DNA of 64,000 nt from Pontiella sp. Lineage in GTDB: Bacteria; Verrucomicrobiota; Kiritimatiellia; Kiritimatiellales; Pontiellaceae. Every line of letters starts with the position of its first letter. Within the stretch, counting starts at the first letter, position 1. The notes under the pieces are model-generated. The model was not told the DNA's origin and ran no database searches. It saw only the letters and a program-made list of their open reading frames with translations. Below are positions 1 to 11,025 of this stretch, in pieces. The DNA lies in NCBI GenBank assembly GCA_050290185.1, contig JBNKHE010000006.1, positions 32,001 through 96,000 on the forward strand, read 5' to 3'. The position numbers and the translations under genes are program-made.

Positions 1-60
1 AACACTAGGGCAATTGATTTCGCAAGGAACTGTAAACCAAACAAGACGCAGGAGAATAAA

Positions 61-261
61 ATGAGTATTGCAGCATTAGGAGCAGGATTGGTGACTATCG
101 GCGCAGGTCTCGGCATCGGTTTGATCGGCGCAGCGGCCATGAACGGCATTGCCCGCCAACCGGAAGCGGCCCCCAAGATCCAGACCGCCATGTTGATTGC
201 GGCGGCCCTGATTGAAGGGGTGGCCCTGTTTGGCGCGGTCATCTGCTTCCTGGCCAACTAA
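61..261 (+). CDS. atpE: F0F1 ATP synthase subunit c
   Basis: GxGxGxG helix, ARQPE loop, LIEGVALF with the conserved Glu; RBS AGGAG upstream. Confidence 0.97.
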   Translation: MSIAALGAGLVTIGAGLGIGLIGAAAMNGIARQPEAAPKIQTAMLIAAALIEGVALFGAVICFLAN

Positions 262-285
262 ATCCCACAACGAACGGTATTAACC

Positions 286-849
286 ATGGCTGACACGCAA
301 CTTCACGCCGAGCCCTCGCACGATCTCACGGCCACCACCCAGGTGCCGCACGACGCGCATGCGGAGGTCGATCCCATGGCGATCTCGGGCCAGATGGTCA
401 TCTGGACCTGGGTCGTCTTTGCGATCCTGCTGGCCGTGCTCTACAAGGTGGCCTGGAAACCCATCCTGGCCAAGCTCGACGAGCGCGAGAAGGACATCCA
501 GGACTCCATCGACCACGCCACCCAGCTACGCGAGGAACTGGCGGCCATCGAAGAGGTTCGGGCAAAAACCATCGCGGAAACCGACGAAAAGGCCCGTGCC
601 ATTCTAGACGTTGCCCGCCGCGGTGCGCAGGAACAGGCCCGCGCCATCGAGGCCAAGGCGCGCGAAGAGGCCCAGATCATGGTGGAGAATGCCAAACGTG
701 AAATCGATAACAGCCGGGCCAAGGCGGAAGACGCCCTACGCATCGAAAGCGCGGCCTGGGCCCGCGAGCTCGCCGGCCGGTTGCTCGGAGCCAATCTGGA
801 CGACGAGAAAAACCGGGTGCTGACCGACAAATTCATCCAGGAGCTGTAG
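286..849 (+). CDS. atpF: F0F1 ATP synthase subunit b
   Basis: Single TM followed by AWKPILAKLDERE and a long coiled coil; operon position. Confidence 0.95.
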   Translation: MADTQLHAEPSHDLTATTQVPHDAHAEVDPMAISGQMVIWTWVVFAILLAVLYKVAWKPILAKLDEREKDIQDSIDHATQLREELAAIEEVRAKTIAETDEKARAILDVARRGAQEQARAIEAKAREEAQIMVENAKREIDNSRAKAEDALRIESAAWARELAGRLLGANLDDEKNRVLTDKFIQEL

Positions 850-857
850 GAACAACG

Positions 858-1436
858 ATGGAGACGCCTTCCGTAGCCAACCGATATGCCCGCACCCTCT
901 TCGCCTATGCCGTCGAAGAGGACGCGCGGGATGCCGTCCGCGCGGACTGCGGGGCCATCCGGCAGTTGATCGGAAGCTCCCCGGAATTTGCGGCCTTTAT
1001 CGAAAACCCGACCATCCCGGCGGATACCGCCCGGCAGGCGATGGCGACGCTGTTCGAAAAAGAGGCCCACCCGGTGACGCTGCGGTTTCTCGCCTTCCTC
1101 GCTTCGCGCACCCGCCTGTCCCTGCTGGAAACCATCTGCAACGTCTATGAACAGCTGGTCTGCGGGGAGCTCGGCCTTCTCAAGGTGGCAATCACGGCCG
1201 CCCACGAGCTGTCCGACGCCCAACTCGCGGCCATCAAGGAAAAGCTCCACCAGCAGTATGGCAAGACGATCCTGGCGGATGTCGCAGTCGATGCCTCGCT
1301 GATCGGCGGTTTTAAAATCCGGGTGGGCGACCAGATCCGCGATTTCAGCCTGCTCGCAAAACTCGACCTCTTTGAAAAAAGCGTGACCAACGCAAAGCAT
1401 GAACACCCCAAGTATAAGGCAAAATCATGGCGATAG
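858..1436 (+). CDS. atpH: F1 ATP synthase subunit delta
   Basis: [11 protein letters not shown]-terminus and [22 protein letters not shown]-terminal motif. Confidence 0.95.
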   Translation: METPSVANRYARTLFAYAVEEDARDAVRADCGAIRQLIGSSPEFAAFIENPTIPADTARQAMATLFEKEAHPVTLRFLAFLASRTRLSLLETICNVYEQLVCGELGLLKVAITAAHELSDAQLAAIKEKLHQQYGKTILADVAVDASLIGGFKIRVGDQIRDFSLLAKLDLFEKSVTNAKHEHPKYKAKSWR

Positions 1437-2941
1437 ATATCAGACCCGATGAAGTGTCATCCATTCTAAAACAGCAGCTGAAAGACTTCACCGGTAGCGT
1501 GACGGCCTACGAGGTTGGCACCGTGCTCAGCGTGGGCGATGGAATCGCCCGCGTACATGGGCTGGCCAACGTCATGGCAGGCGAGCTGGTTGAATTCTCC
1601 AACGGCATGAAGGGCATGGCGCTCAACCTCGAAGAGGACAACGTCGGCGTGGCCATCTTCGGTCCGGACACCGGCATCAAGGAGGGCGACCAGGTCAAGC
1701 GCACCGAAACCATCGCTTCCGTGCCTTCAGGCGACGGCCTGACCGGCCGCGTGGTCGACGCGCTCGGCAACCCGATCGACGGCGGCCCCGCGCTGCATCC
1801 GACGGTGGACCGCCCGATTGAACTCAAGGCCCCCGGAATCATCGACCGCAAGGACGTACATGAGCCCATGCAGACCGGCATCAAGGTGATCGACGCCCTC
1901 ACCCCCATCGGCCGCGGCCAGCGCGAACTGATCATCGGCGACCGCAAGACCGGCAAGACGGCCCTGGCAATCGACACCATCATCAACCAGCGCGGCGAAG
2001 ACGTGCACTGCTTCTATGTGGCCATCGGGCAAAAGCGTTCGACCGTGGTCCAGGTGGCCGAAACCCTGAAGAAGCATGGCGCGATGGAATACACCACCAT
2101 CATTGCCGCCACCGCTTCCGATCCGGCCCCGATGCAGTTCCTCGCCCCCTTCGCCGGCACAGCGATGGCCGAATACTATCGCGACAGCGGCAAACATGCG
2201 TTGATTATCTACGACGACCTGACCAAGCAGGCCCAGGCCTACCGCCAGCTTTCGCTGCTGTTGCGCCGCCCGCCCGGCCGCGAGGCGTATCCCGGCGACG
2301 TATTTTACCTACACTCCCGCCTGCTCGAGCGCTCCGCCAAGATGAGCGACGCCAAGGGGGCCGGAAGCCTGACCGCCCTGCCGATCATCGAAACGCAGGA
2401 CGGCGACGTATCGGCCTACATTCCGACCAATGTAATTTCGATCACCGACGGCCAGATCTTCCTCGAATCGGACCTGTTCAATTCGGGACAGCGCCCGGCG
2501 ATCAACCCCGGCCTGTCGGTATCCCGTGTCGGCGGCGACGCCCAGATCAAGGCCATGAAGCAGACGGCGGGCACGTTGCGCCTCGACCTGGCGCAGTATC
2601 GCGAGCTGGCGGCCTTCTCGCAGTTTGCCTCCGACCTCGATGCCTCCACGCGCAAGCTGCTGGACCGCGGCCAACGCCTGATGGAGGTGATCAAGCAAGG
2701 GGTGCACGTACCACTCGAAGTCGCCAAGCAGATCGTGATCATCTTTGCGGGCACCAACGGCTATCTGGATGACATTCCGGTCGCCACCGTCGGCCGCTTC
2801 GAGCGCGAACTGAACGAAGCCCTCGACTCCCGCTATGCCGACGTGGTCAAACGGATCAAGGAAGAGAAGGCGTTGAGCGACGAGTTGAAAACGGCGATCA
2901 AGGAAACGCTGGAGGAATTCAAGCGTACTTTCGAGGCCTAG
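1427..2941 (+). CDS. atpA: F1 ATP synthase subunit alpha
   Basis: [15 protein letters not shown] Walker [22 protein letters not shown]. Confidence 0.99.
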   Translation: MAIDIRPDEVSSILKQQLKDFTGSVTAYEVGTVLSVGDGIARVHGLANVMAGELVEFSNGMKGMALNLEEDNVGVAIFGPDTGIKEGDQVKRTETIASVPSGDGLTGRVVDALGNPIDGGPALHPTVDRPIELKAPGIIDRKDVHEPMQTGIKVIDALTPIGRGQRELIIGDRKTGKTALAIDTIINQRGEDVHCFYVAIGQKRSTVVQVAETLKKHGAMEYTTIIAATASDPAPMQFLAPFAGTAMAEYYRDSGKHALIIYDDLTKQAQAYRQLSLLLRRPPGREAYPGDVFYLHSRLLERSAKMSDAKGAGSLTALPIIETQDGDVSAYIPTNVISITDGQIFLESDLFNSGQRPAINPGLSVSRVGGDAQIKAMKQTAGTLRLDLAQYRELAAFSQFASDLDASTRKLLDRGQRLMEVIKQGVHVPLEVAKQIVIIFAGTNGYLDDIPVATVGRFERELNEALDSRYADVVKRIKEEKALSDELKTAIKETLEEFKRTFEA

Positions 2942-2959
2942 TTTTATTCGGTAAAAGAT

Positions 2960-3835
2960 ATGGCGAGCATCAAGGAATACAACCGCAAGCTAAGCAGCTT
3001 GAAGAATACGGTGAAGATCACCAAGACCATGAAAATGGTCTCGGCGAGCAAGCTTCGTCGCGCCCAGGAAACAGAAGGCCGCGCCAAGGACTATGCGCAC
3101 CAGGTCAACAACCTGATCTACCGCATTGCCGGCTCGGTCGATCAGGAGATGCATCCCCTGTTGACTCCGCGGGCGCAGGTCCGCCGGGTGCTGTTGCTCG
3201 TCTTTTCCTCGGACAAGGGCTTGTGCGGTGGCTTCAACAACAACCTGATCAAGTTTGTGCGCAACAAGCGCACGGAGCTTGAGGCGGCGGGCAAAGAGGT
3301 TGCTCTCGCCTTCTGCGGACGGCGCGGATACCTCTATTTCGCCAACCGCGCGACGGTACACAAGAACTTCCCCGACGTCACCGCCGCGCCCAACTCACGC
3401 AATGCTTCCGAGATCGCAGACGATCTGATCGCCGCCTTTTCCGATGGGCAGTTCGATGAAGTGCACATGCTCTACAACCACTTCGTCAGCCCGCTTTCGC
3501 AGGTACCGCAGATCGACCAGCTGCTGCCGCTTCCGCTGGTGACCCTGAAGGATCACGATCCGGTGGAGGCGATCAAGGAAGACGATTTTATCGCCGAGCC
3601 CCCTCTGGAGGAACTGCTGCCCCGCCTCGTTCCCATGCTGGTGGTGTTCAAGGTGTTCTACGCCCTGCTGGAAAATTCCGCGGGCGAACACGGCGCGCGC
3701 ATGACCGCCATGGACAACGCCACAACCAACGCCGGCAAGATGATCGACGAATACACGCTGCTGCGCAACCGCGCCCGGCAGGCGGCCATCACCACCGAGC
3801 TGATTGAAATCATTTCCGGCGCCGAGGCGCTATAG
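2960..3835 (+). CDS. atpG: F1 ATP synthase subunit gamma
   Basis: KITKTMKMVSASK, SDKGLCGGFN, RQAAITTELIEIISGA. Confidence 0.99.
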   Translation: MASIKEYNRKLSSLKNTVKITKTMKMVSASKLRRAQETEGRAKDYAHQVNNLIYRIAGSVDQEMHPLLTPRAQVRRVLLLVFSSDKGLCGGFNNNLIKFVRNKRTELEAAGKEVALAFCGRRGYLYFANRATVHKNFPDVTAAPNSRNASEIADDLIAAFSDGQFDEVHMLYNHFVSPLSQVPQIDQLLPLPLVTLKDHDPVEAIKEDDFIAEPPLEELLPRLVPMLVVFKVFYALLENSAGEHGARMTAMDNATTNAGKMIDEYTLLRNRARQAAITTELIEIISGAEAL

Positions 3836-3856
3836 CCCTTTTAATTCGATTTTTAG

Positions 3857-5293
<1,437 letters not shown>

Positions 5294-5295
5294 CC

Positions 5296-5595
5296 ATGCC
5301 CTCCTTCCACCTCCATGTTACCACACCCGAAGGCAACATCTGGGACGATGATGCCGAAGCGGTTGTCGCATACGGCGTCGAGGGCTCGATGGGCATCCTC
5401 GCCAACCATGCGCCGATGATCACCGCACTGCAGCCCGGCGTGCTCAAGGTGCAGGGTGCGGACAAGACGCAGTATTATGCCGCCGGCGAAGGGATTCTTG
5501 AAGTGCGCACCGACAAGCAGGTCGTTCTGATCATCGACTATGCCGAAGCCTACGACACCGAGGCCGAGGCCAAGAAGCACCTCGATCCGGAGTAG
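5296..5595 (+). CDS. atpC: F1 ATP synthase subunit epsilon (short, 99 aa)
   Basis: VTTPEG and GILANHAPMITALQPG beta-sandwich motifs; follows atpD. Confidence 0.93.
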   Translation: MPSFHLHVTTPEGNIWDDDAEAVVAYGVEGSMGILANHAPMITALQPGVLKVQGADKTQYYAAGEGILEVRTDKQVVLIIDYAEAYDTEAEAKKHLDPE

Positions 5596-5603
5596 GCTTC
5601 GCC

Positions 5604-6449
5604 CTATTTCACGGTCTTGCGAGTTTTCTGCACCAGCGTCTTCCACAACGCTTCCGGATCGTTGGCGGCAGCCAACAGGGCATCGCGCGCCTCCTTTTCG
5701 CGGAAGGTCTGCGACAGGCCGGACAAAAGCTTCAGGTAAAACGCGCTGGTCGCGGTCGGGATCACCATGAAGAAAAAGATCCGGGTGAGCGTACGGCCGG
5801 GACCGCCGAAGTTGATGCCCTTCTTATGGATACCCAGCGCCATGGTCAAACCGCCGCCTTCCACCCCGCGCACATGCGGGAAGGCCAGCCCGCAGTCCAC
5901 CGCCGTGCTCACGATGGCTTCGCGCTGCATGGCGAGGTCGAACAACTGGTCGGCGCTGACGACAAACGATTCCTGCTGCATGCGCTCGCACATTTCCCGC
6001 AGCACCTCTTCCGGCGTTGAGCCGGTCAGCGGCGCAACCATCAGCGACGGCGCCGAGAAGCGGGCAATGCCCATTTTCTGCTTTTCGCCATAGACGCGGC
6101 TGGTGCGTTCGCGGGCGACCACCTCGGAAGGAATGTAGAGGAAGCGGGTGCAGTTGCGGCAACGGTTCAGTTCGTCGGCGCGCAGCACTTCGTTGACCTG
6201 GCTTTTGGGCAGCTGGATGCCGCAGCCGGTGCAGTGGTCGTCGATGATCGGCACGACGGCTTCGGGATGCTTTTGCAGGAGCCGGTTGATATGCGTCTTG
6301 ACCGGTTGGGCGAGATCCGACCCCAACAGGGCGATGCTCTTTTCGAGCGCATCAAGCGGTGCCTTGGAGCGGGCGGCCTTGGTCTGCATGCGGGCCACGA
6401 TGAGTTCCTGCAACTGGATCAACTGGTTGATGGTTTTTCGGTTAGTCAT
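5604..6449 (-). CDS. C4 zinc-ribbon (CTGC...CRNC) + PTS EIIA (Fru/Ntr-type) fusion protein
   Basis: AVVPIIDDHCTGC...LNRCRNCTRFLY resembles the zf-RING_7/DUF164 ribbon; C-terminal REAIVSTAVDCGLAFPHVR EIIA motif. Confidence 0.85.
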   Translation of the reverse strand: MTNRKTINQLIQLQELIVARMQTKAARSKAPLDALEKSIALLGSDLAQPVKTHINRLLQKHPEAVVPIIDDHCTGCGIQLPKSQVNEVLRADELNRCRNCTRFLYIPSEVVARERTSRVYGEKQKMGIARFSAPSLMVAPLTGSTPEEVLREMCERMQQESFVVSADQLFDLAMQREAIVSTAVDCGLAFPHVRGVEGGGLTMALGIHKKGINFGGPGRTLTRIFFFMVIPTATSAFYLKLLSGLSQTFREKEARDALLAAANDPEALWKTLVQKTRKTVK

Positions 6450-6451
6450 GG

Positions 6452-8131
6452 TTATCCCTCCTCTACAATTTCCGATTGGTTTTCAATGATCGAACAGGCC
6501 CGAGCCAAGGCTTCGTCGATGCTTGGGCAGAAGTTTTCCGAACCGACAGCCTGAAGAAACCCGGATTGCCTGAAGACGGACATGGGCTGTTTCGTGACAC
6601 CGGAAAAGATCAGCCGCGTCTTCTGTCGCCAGCACTTTTGGTGCAACTCTTCGAGTACGTGCAGGCCGGTGGCATCGATGGTCGGCACGTTGCGGATGCG
6701 GATGATGAGCACGGAAACATTGTGCTCGACCTGATGCAGCGCATTCCAGAAGGTATCGGCCATGCCGAAAAAGAAGGGGCCCTCGACTTCGTAGACCTCG
6801 ACCCCCGGGGGAACGTCTCTGGTGGTAATGGACATCGGATCGAATTCGGGATCCTCGTCGCCCTTCAGATTGTTGGTGATCATGCTGACGTTGGCGATTT
6901 CGGACATACGGCGCATAAAGAGTAGCGACGAGAGCACAATACCGACTTGCACCGCCAAAGTAAGGTCCACGAGAACGGTCAAGCCAAAGGTGAGCAACAA
7001 AACCAGCTGATCGCTACGGGGTCCCTTGAGAATCGAGGCAAAGTGGCGGTGCTCGCTCATGTTGTAGCTTACCACCACGAGGATGCCGGCCAGCGACGCC
7101 AACGGAATTCGGGCCGCAACAGGAGCACAGAGCAACAAAATCAAGAGAAGCACACCGGCGTGGATCATGCCGGCGACCGGCGTCTTCGCACCGCTCTTGA
7201 CATTCGTAGCCGTGCGGGCGATTGCGCCCGTAGCTGGAATACCGCCAAAAAATACCCCGCCGATGTTGGCCAGTCCCTGCGCGATCAGTTCCGTATTCGG
7301 GCGGTGTTTACCGCCGATCATCCCGTCGGCAACCGTAGCAGACATCAGCGATTCAATGGCGGCGAGCAGCGCTACGGTGAAGGCTGCCGATACCAGCCCG
7401 CCCATCTGCCCGATATCAAGCGAAGGCAGGCCGGGCGATGGCAACATACGCGGTAGCTGGCCGAAGCGCCCGCCGATGGTTTCGACATCAAGGTTGAATA
7501 CTGCAACGGCGACTGTGGCCAGCACCATGGCAATCAGCATCCCCGGCAGGCGCGGAGCCAAGTGGTGCAGCAGGGCGATTATAAAAACCGTGCCAAGTCC
7601 GATGGCCGCAGTTGACGCGGAGAAGGATCCAAATGCGTGGAAATAGGCTCCCCACTTCGGGATGAATTCGGCGGGGACTTCGGCCATGCGCAATCCCAGG
7701 AGATCCTTGATCTGCGTGGAAAAGATGACGACAGCAATACCGGAGGTAAAGCCGGTGGTGACCGGGAAGGGAATGAAGCGGATCATGCCGCCGAGCTTGA
7801 AGACCCCGAAGAGAATCAGTATGACGCCGGCCATCAGCGTACACCAGGCGAGGCCGGCATAACCGTATTGCGCGACAATGCCGGAGACGATCACCACAAA
7901 GGCGCCGGTCGGCCCACCGATCTGGACCCGGCTGCCGCCGAGGAAGGCAATCAGAAATCCGGCAACGATGGCAGTGAACAGGCCGCGTTCGGGCGGCAGG
8001 CCGCTGGCGATGGCAAAGGCCATGGCCAGCGGCAGAGCTATGACGCCGACGGTCAGGCCTGCGATGCCGTCGGCGAGTAGCGTCTTAAGATTATAACCCT
8101 TTAGTAGCGTAAAGAGCTTGGGCTTGAACAT
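6452..8131 (-). CDS. SulP/SLC26 family anion permease with STAS domain
   Basis: ALPLAMAFAIASG, GGSRVQIGGPTGA, GAIARTATN, C-terminal GPFFFG...IDATGL STAS. Confidence 0.95.
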   Translation of the reverse strand: MFKPKLFTLLKGYNLKTLLADGIAGLTVGVIALPLAMAFAIASGLPPERGLFTAIVAGFLIAFLGGSRVQIGGPTGAFVVIVSGIVAQYGYAGLAWCTLMAGVILILFGVFKLGGMIRFIPFPVTTGFTSGIAVVIFSTQIKDLLGLRMAEVPAEFIPKWGAYFHAFGSFSASTAAIGLGTVFIIALLHHLAPRLPGMLIAMVLATVAVAVFNLDVETIGGRFGQLPRMLPSPGLPSLDIGQMGGLVSAAFTVALLAAIESLMSATVADGMIGGKHRPNTELIAQGLANIGGVFFGGIPATGAIARTATNVKSGAKTPVAGMIHAGVLLLILLLCAPVAARIPLASLAGILVVVSYNMSEHRHFASILKGPRSDQLVLLLTFGLTVLVDLTLAVQVGIVLSSLLFMRRMSEIANVSMITNNLKGDEDPEFDPMSITTRDVPPGVEVYEVEGPFFFGMADTFWNALHQVEHNVSVLIIRIRNVPTIDATGLHVLEELHQKCWRQKTRLIFSGVTKQPMSVFRQSGFLQAVGSENFCPSIDEALARACSIIENQSEIVEEG

Positions 8132-8147
8132 AGTTCTCCTGAGTGCA

Positions 8148-9590
8148 CTACATGAAGAATCTTACGTACAGATAGATGTGGGCCACGACCAGCGAGACGA
8201 GCATGAACGGGAATCCATATTTGGTGAATCCCATGAAGCTGATCTTGCAGTTATTACGATTGGCAATCTGCGAGATCACGACGTTAGCCGACGCACCCAC
8301 CAGCGTTCCGTTTCCGCCCAGACAGGCCCCGAGCGCCAACGCCCAAAGCAAGGGATTGTCAGCGCCCATCGCGAATCCCAGTTCAGGACTGATGCCCCTC
8401 ACCAGCGGAATCATGGCCATCACCAAAGGAATATTATCGAGGATGGCCGAAGCAATCGCGGCGAACCAAAGCAACGTCAACGCGGTTTTCTGCGGGTCTC
8501 CATCGCAAATGGTCAGAATGAATTCTCCCATGGCCTCGAAAACACCATGATGCTCCAAGGCGGCAATCATCATGAACAGGCCGGCAAAGAAGAGAATGGT
8601 GTTCCATTCCACATGCATCAATGCATGGTGAATATCCTTTTTACAAACCAGTACCATAACCATGCTCCCGGCCAGCGCAATAATGCCCGGCTCAATATGC
8701 AGAGCGTGCCCCGCAAAGAATCCGGCAAGCACCAGCCCGAAAACCACGAGCGCTTTCTTCAACACTACGGGTTCCAGAATCGCTTTTTCCGGGCGGGAGG
8801 CTTCAACACGCTTTCGGGTGGCATCGGTCGTCTTGATCGACCTGCGGAATAGCAGGAACATCACGCCCAGCAGGAGCACCATCATAATAAGAACAGGCGG
8901 TCCGAGGTTAACCAGGAAATCATTAAAGGTCAGGTCACTCCCCGAACCAATCAGGATATTCGGAGGGTCACCCACCAGGGTGGAGGTGCCACCGATATTG
9001 GAGAACACCGCTTCCATGATCAGAATCGGCGGCGCCGGCATCTCCAGGAGTTGACAGAGCAGGATCGTAATCGGCGCCATCAGAATGACGGTAGTTACAT
9101 TGTCAAGGAAGGCGGAGAGAACCGCGGTCATCACCATAAAGAAAATGGCAATGACCATGCCGTTGCCTTTTGCGAGACGTGCCAGCTTGATGGCCAGCCA
9201 TTCGAACACGCCGGTGTCGGTAAGCGTGTTAACAATCACCATCATACCGATCAACAAAAACAGTACATTCAGGTCGATGGAACCGAGAGCCCCTTTGGGA
9301 ATGTAATCTGCTTCAGCCGCCGATTGCTGCTCCGCGACGGACACGGTCGATTCCGGATGCTCCACCGTTACATGCTCTGCAACCGGGGTATCATGATCGA
9401 TCATCTGCTCGATGGCAACCGGGGCCGAAGCGTGATGATCCGCCGCCTGCTCTGCGGTATAAGGCACCAGGCCGAGACCAATCATCACAGCAGCGCCAAT
9501 GAGAGAGGCGATGGTTTTGTCGAGCAGTTCCGTGGCAATGAAAAAATAGACCACAAGGAACACGGCAATGGGTAAAATCATATCATGCAT
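8148..9590 (-). CDS. ArsB/NhaD (IT superfamily) transporter
   Basis: LSAFLDNVTT, NIGGTSTLVGDPPN, LGGNGTLVGASAN repeats; many TM helices. Confidence 0.92.
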   Translation of the reverse strand: MHDMILPIAVFLVVYFFIATELLDKTIASLIGAAVMIGLGLVPYTAEQAADHHASAPVAIEQMIDHDTPVAEHVTVEHPESTVSVAEQQSAAEADYIPKGALGSIDLNVLFLLIGMMVIVNTLTDTGVFEWLAIKLARLAKGNGMVIAIFFMVMTAVLSAFLDNVTTVILMAPITILLCQLLEMPAPPILIMEAVFSNIGGTSTLVGDPPNILIGSGSDLTFNDFLVNLGPPVLIMMVLLLGVMFLLFRRSIKTTDATRKRVEASRPEKAILEPVVLKKALVVFGLVLAGFFAGHALHIEPGIIALAGSMVMVLVCKKDIHHALMHVEWNTILFFAGLFMMIAALEHHGVFEAMGEFILTICDGDPQKTALTLLWFAAIASAILDNIPLVMAMIPLVRGISPELGFAMGADNPLLWALALGACLGGNGTLVGASANVVISQIANRNNCKISFMGFTKYGFPFMLVSLVVAHIYLYVRFFM

Positions 9591-9605
9591 GGGGAAACCT
9601 ATAAA

Positions 9606-10523
9606 TTAGAAGTTGATCACGTTGTCGAGCACGACGCTCTTGTCGATGACGCCGATCCAGCGGCCCTTTTCGTCGACGACATAGAGCTTGGTGAAATTCC
9701 GGATCGCGAGATCGAATACGATTTCCATAATGGTGTAATCCACCGGAACAGTCTTGGCGCTGGATTCCATCATGTCGCGCGCCAAGGTGTTGCGTTCGTC
9801 TTCGAAATATTTTTCAAAGGGATCGAACTCGGCGATGAAGGAGACACTCTTCAGCTTGGAAAAGAAGTCTGGCAGGCCGTAGCGGAAAAGCCGTTCTACG
9901 GTGATTTCACCGAGAATTTCGTGATTTTCATTGATGACGGGAATCGCCATCAGGTTGTTCACGCTCATCGTATGCGTGCATTTCGAGACGGGTTCGTCCT
10001 CGCGAATGCTGAAGCGCGGCGGCCGCATGATGTCGCGAGCTTCGATGACCTTGTCGATCCGTGGATTGTGTTGCTTGACGATATTACGCAGTGCCTCACC
10101 ATCCTGCGCCGAGAACACTCCATCGCGCACGTCGGAATCCATCAGCAAGCGGGAAAGCTGCGCCATCAGCTTGAGCGAGATGGAGGCATCGGAAGCCGGC
10201 ACCAAAAACAGGCAGACGATCTGCACGGGATTCTCCTCGAACATGACCGGTTCGTCGAAGGTCGCGACGGCGACCAGCGCCTGCGAGAGGTGTTCGAGCC
10301 GGGCATGCGGAAAGGCGATTCCCTCGCCGACTGCCGTACTGCGCTGCGATTCACGTTTGACCAATGCGGCGACAATGGTCTCGTGCGTGAGTTCGGGATT
10401 TACTTCGTAGAATTCACCGGAGCACAATGTTTGTACGACTTGCTCCAGAGCCTGGTTGCGGGAACCGGCTTCCAGTTTCGGCTGCCACGATTCCTCGCGG
10501 CGGGTGTAGTTCATTACATTCAT
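9606..10523 (-). CDS. PTS EIIA + tandem CBS domain protein
   Basis: RESQRSTAVGEGIAFPHARL EIIA motif; ARDIMRPP/IPVINE..GEIT and ARDMME/LYVVDE..GVID CBS pair. Confidence 0.88.
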   Translation of the reverse strand: MNVMNYTRREESWQPKLEAGSRNQALEQVVQTLCSGEFYEVNPELTHETIVAALVKRESQRSTAVGEGIAFPHARLEHLSQALVAVATFDEPVMFEENPVQIVCLFLVPASDASISLKLMAQLSRLLMDSDVRDGVFSAQDGEALRNIVKQHNPRIDKVIEARDIMRPPRFSIREDEPVSKCTHTMSVNNLMAIPVINENHEILGEITVERLFRYGLPDFFSKLKSVSFIAEFDPFEKYFEDERNTLARDMMESSAKTVPVDYTIMEIVFDLAIRNFTKLYVVDEKGRWIGVIDKSVVLDNVINF

Positions 10524-10536
10524 GGATTAGACTCCG

Positions 10537-11022
10537 TTATAGGTTGCTCTCGCCTTTCGCCTGCAGATAGTGGGAAAGTATGTTCTTGGCCTCGAGGGTA
10601 CCGACAATCCGCCCGCCCTCATCCACCACGGCGATCTCACGGATATGGTTCTGTTCCATCAGCTCCAGCACGTTCTTGAGCTGCGTGTCGGCGACCACGG
10701 TCACCGGCGGCTCCGCAAGATCCTGGCCGGTCTGGGCGTTAAGCGCATAGGCAATAGCGGGCAGCATGTCCTCCGCCTCATCCTTCTGCCGGGAAAGTTC
10801 CAGCACTTTCACGGCAATGTGCTTGGCCTGAATGACCCCGGCTAACTCGCCCGCTTCGTTTTCGAGATAGACCTTGTAGCGGTCCGATGAGCAAAGCACG
10901 TTGGCCAGCTTTTCGAGCGGCGTATCGCTCGGCGCCCGCAGGCAGGAAGATTCGATCAGATACGCGAGGTCCTTAACGGTTGTATTTTCCAGATTCTTTT
11001 TCACCCATCCCCTCTCATTCAT
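10537..11022 (-). CDS. Stand-alone CBS-pair protein
   Basis: LAGVIQAKHI and IREIAVVDEGGRIVGTL CBS motifs. Confidence 0.85.
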   Translation of the reverse strand: MNERGWVKKNLENTTVKDLAYLIESSCLRAPSDTPLEKLANVLCSSDRYKVYLENEAGELAGVIQAKHIAVKVLELSRQKDEAEDMLPAIAYALNAQTGQDLAEPPVTVVADTQLKNVLELMEQNHIREIAVVDEGGRIVGTLEAKNILSHYLQAKGESNL

Positions 11023-11025
11023 AAA

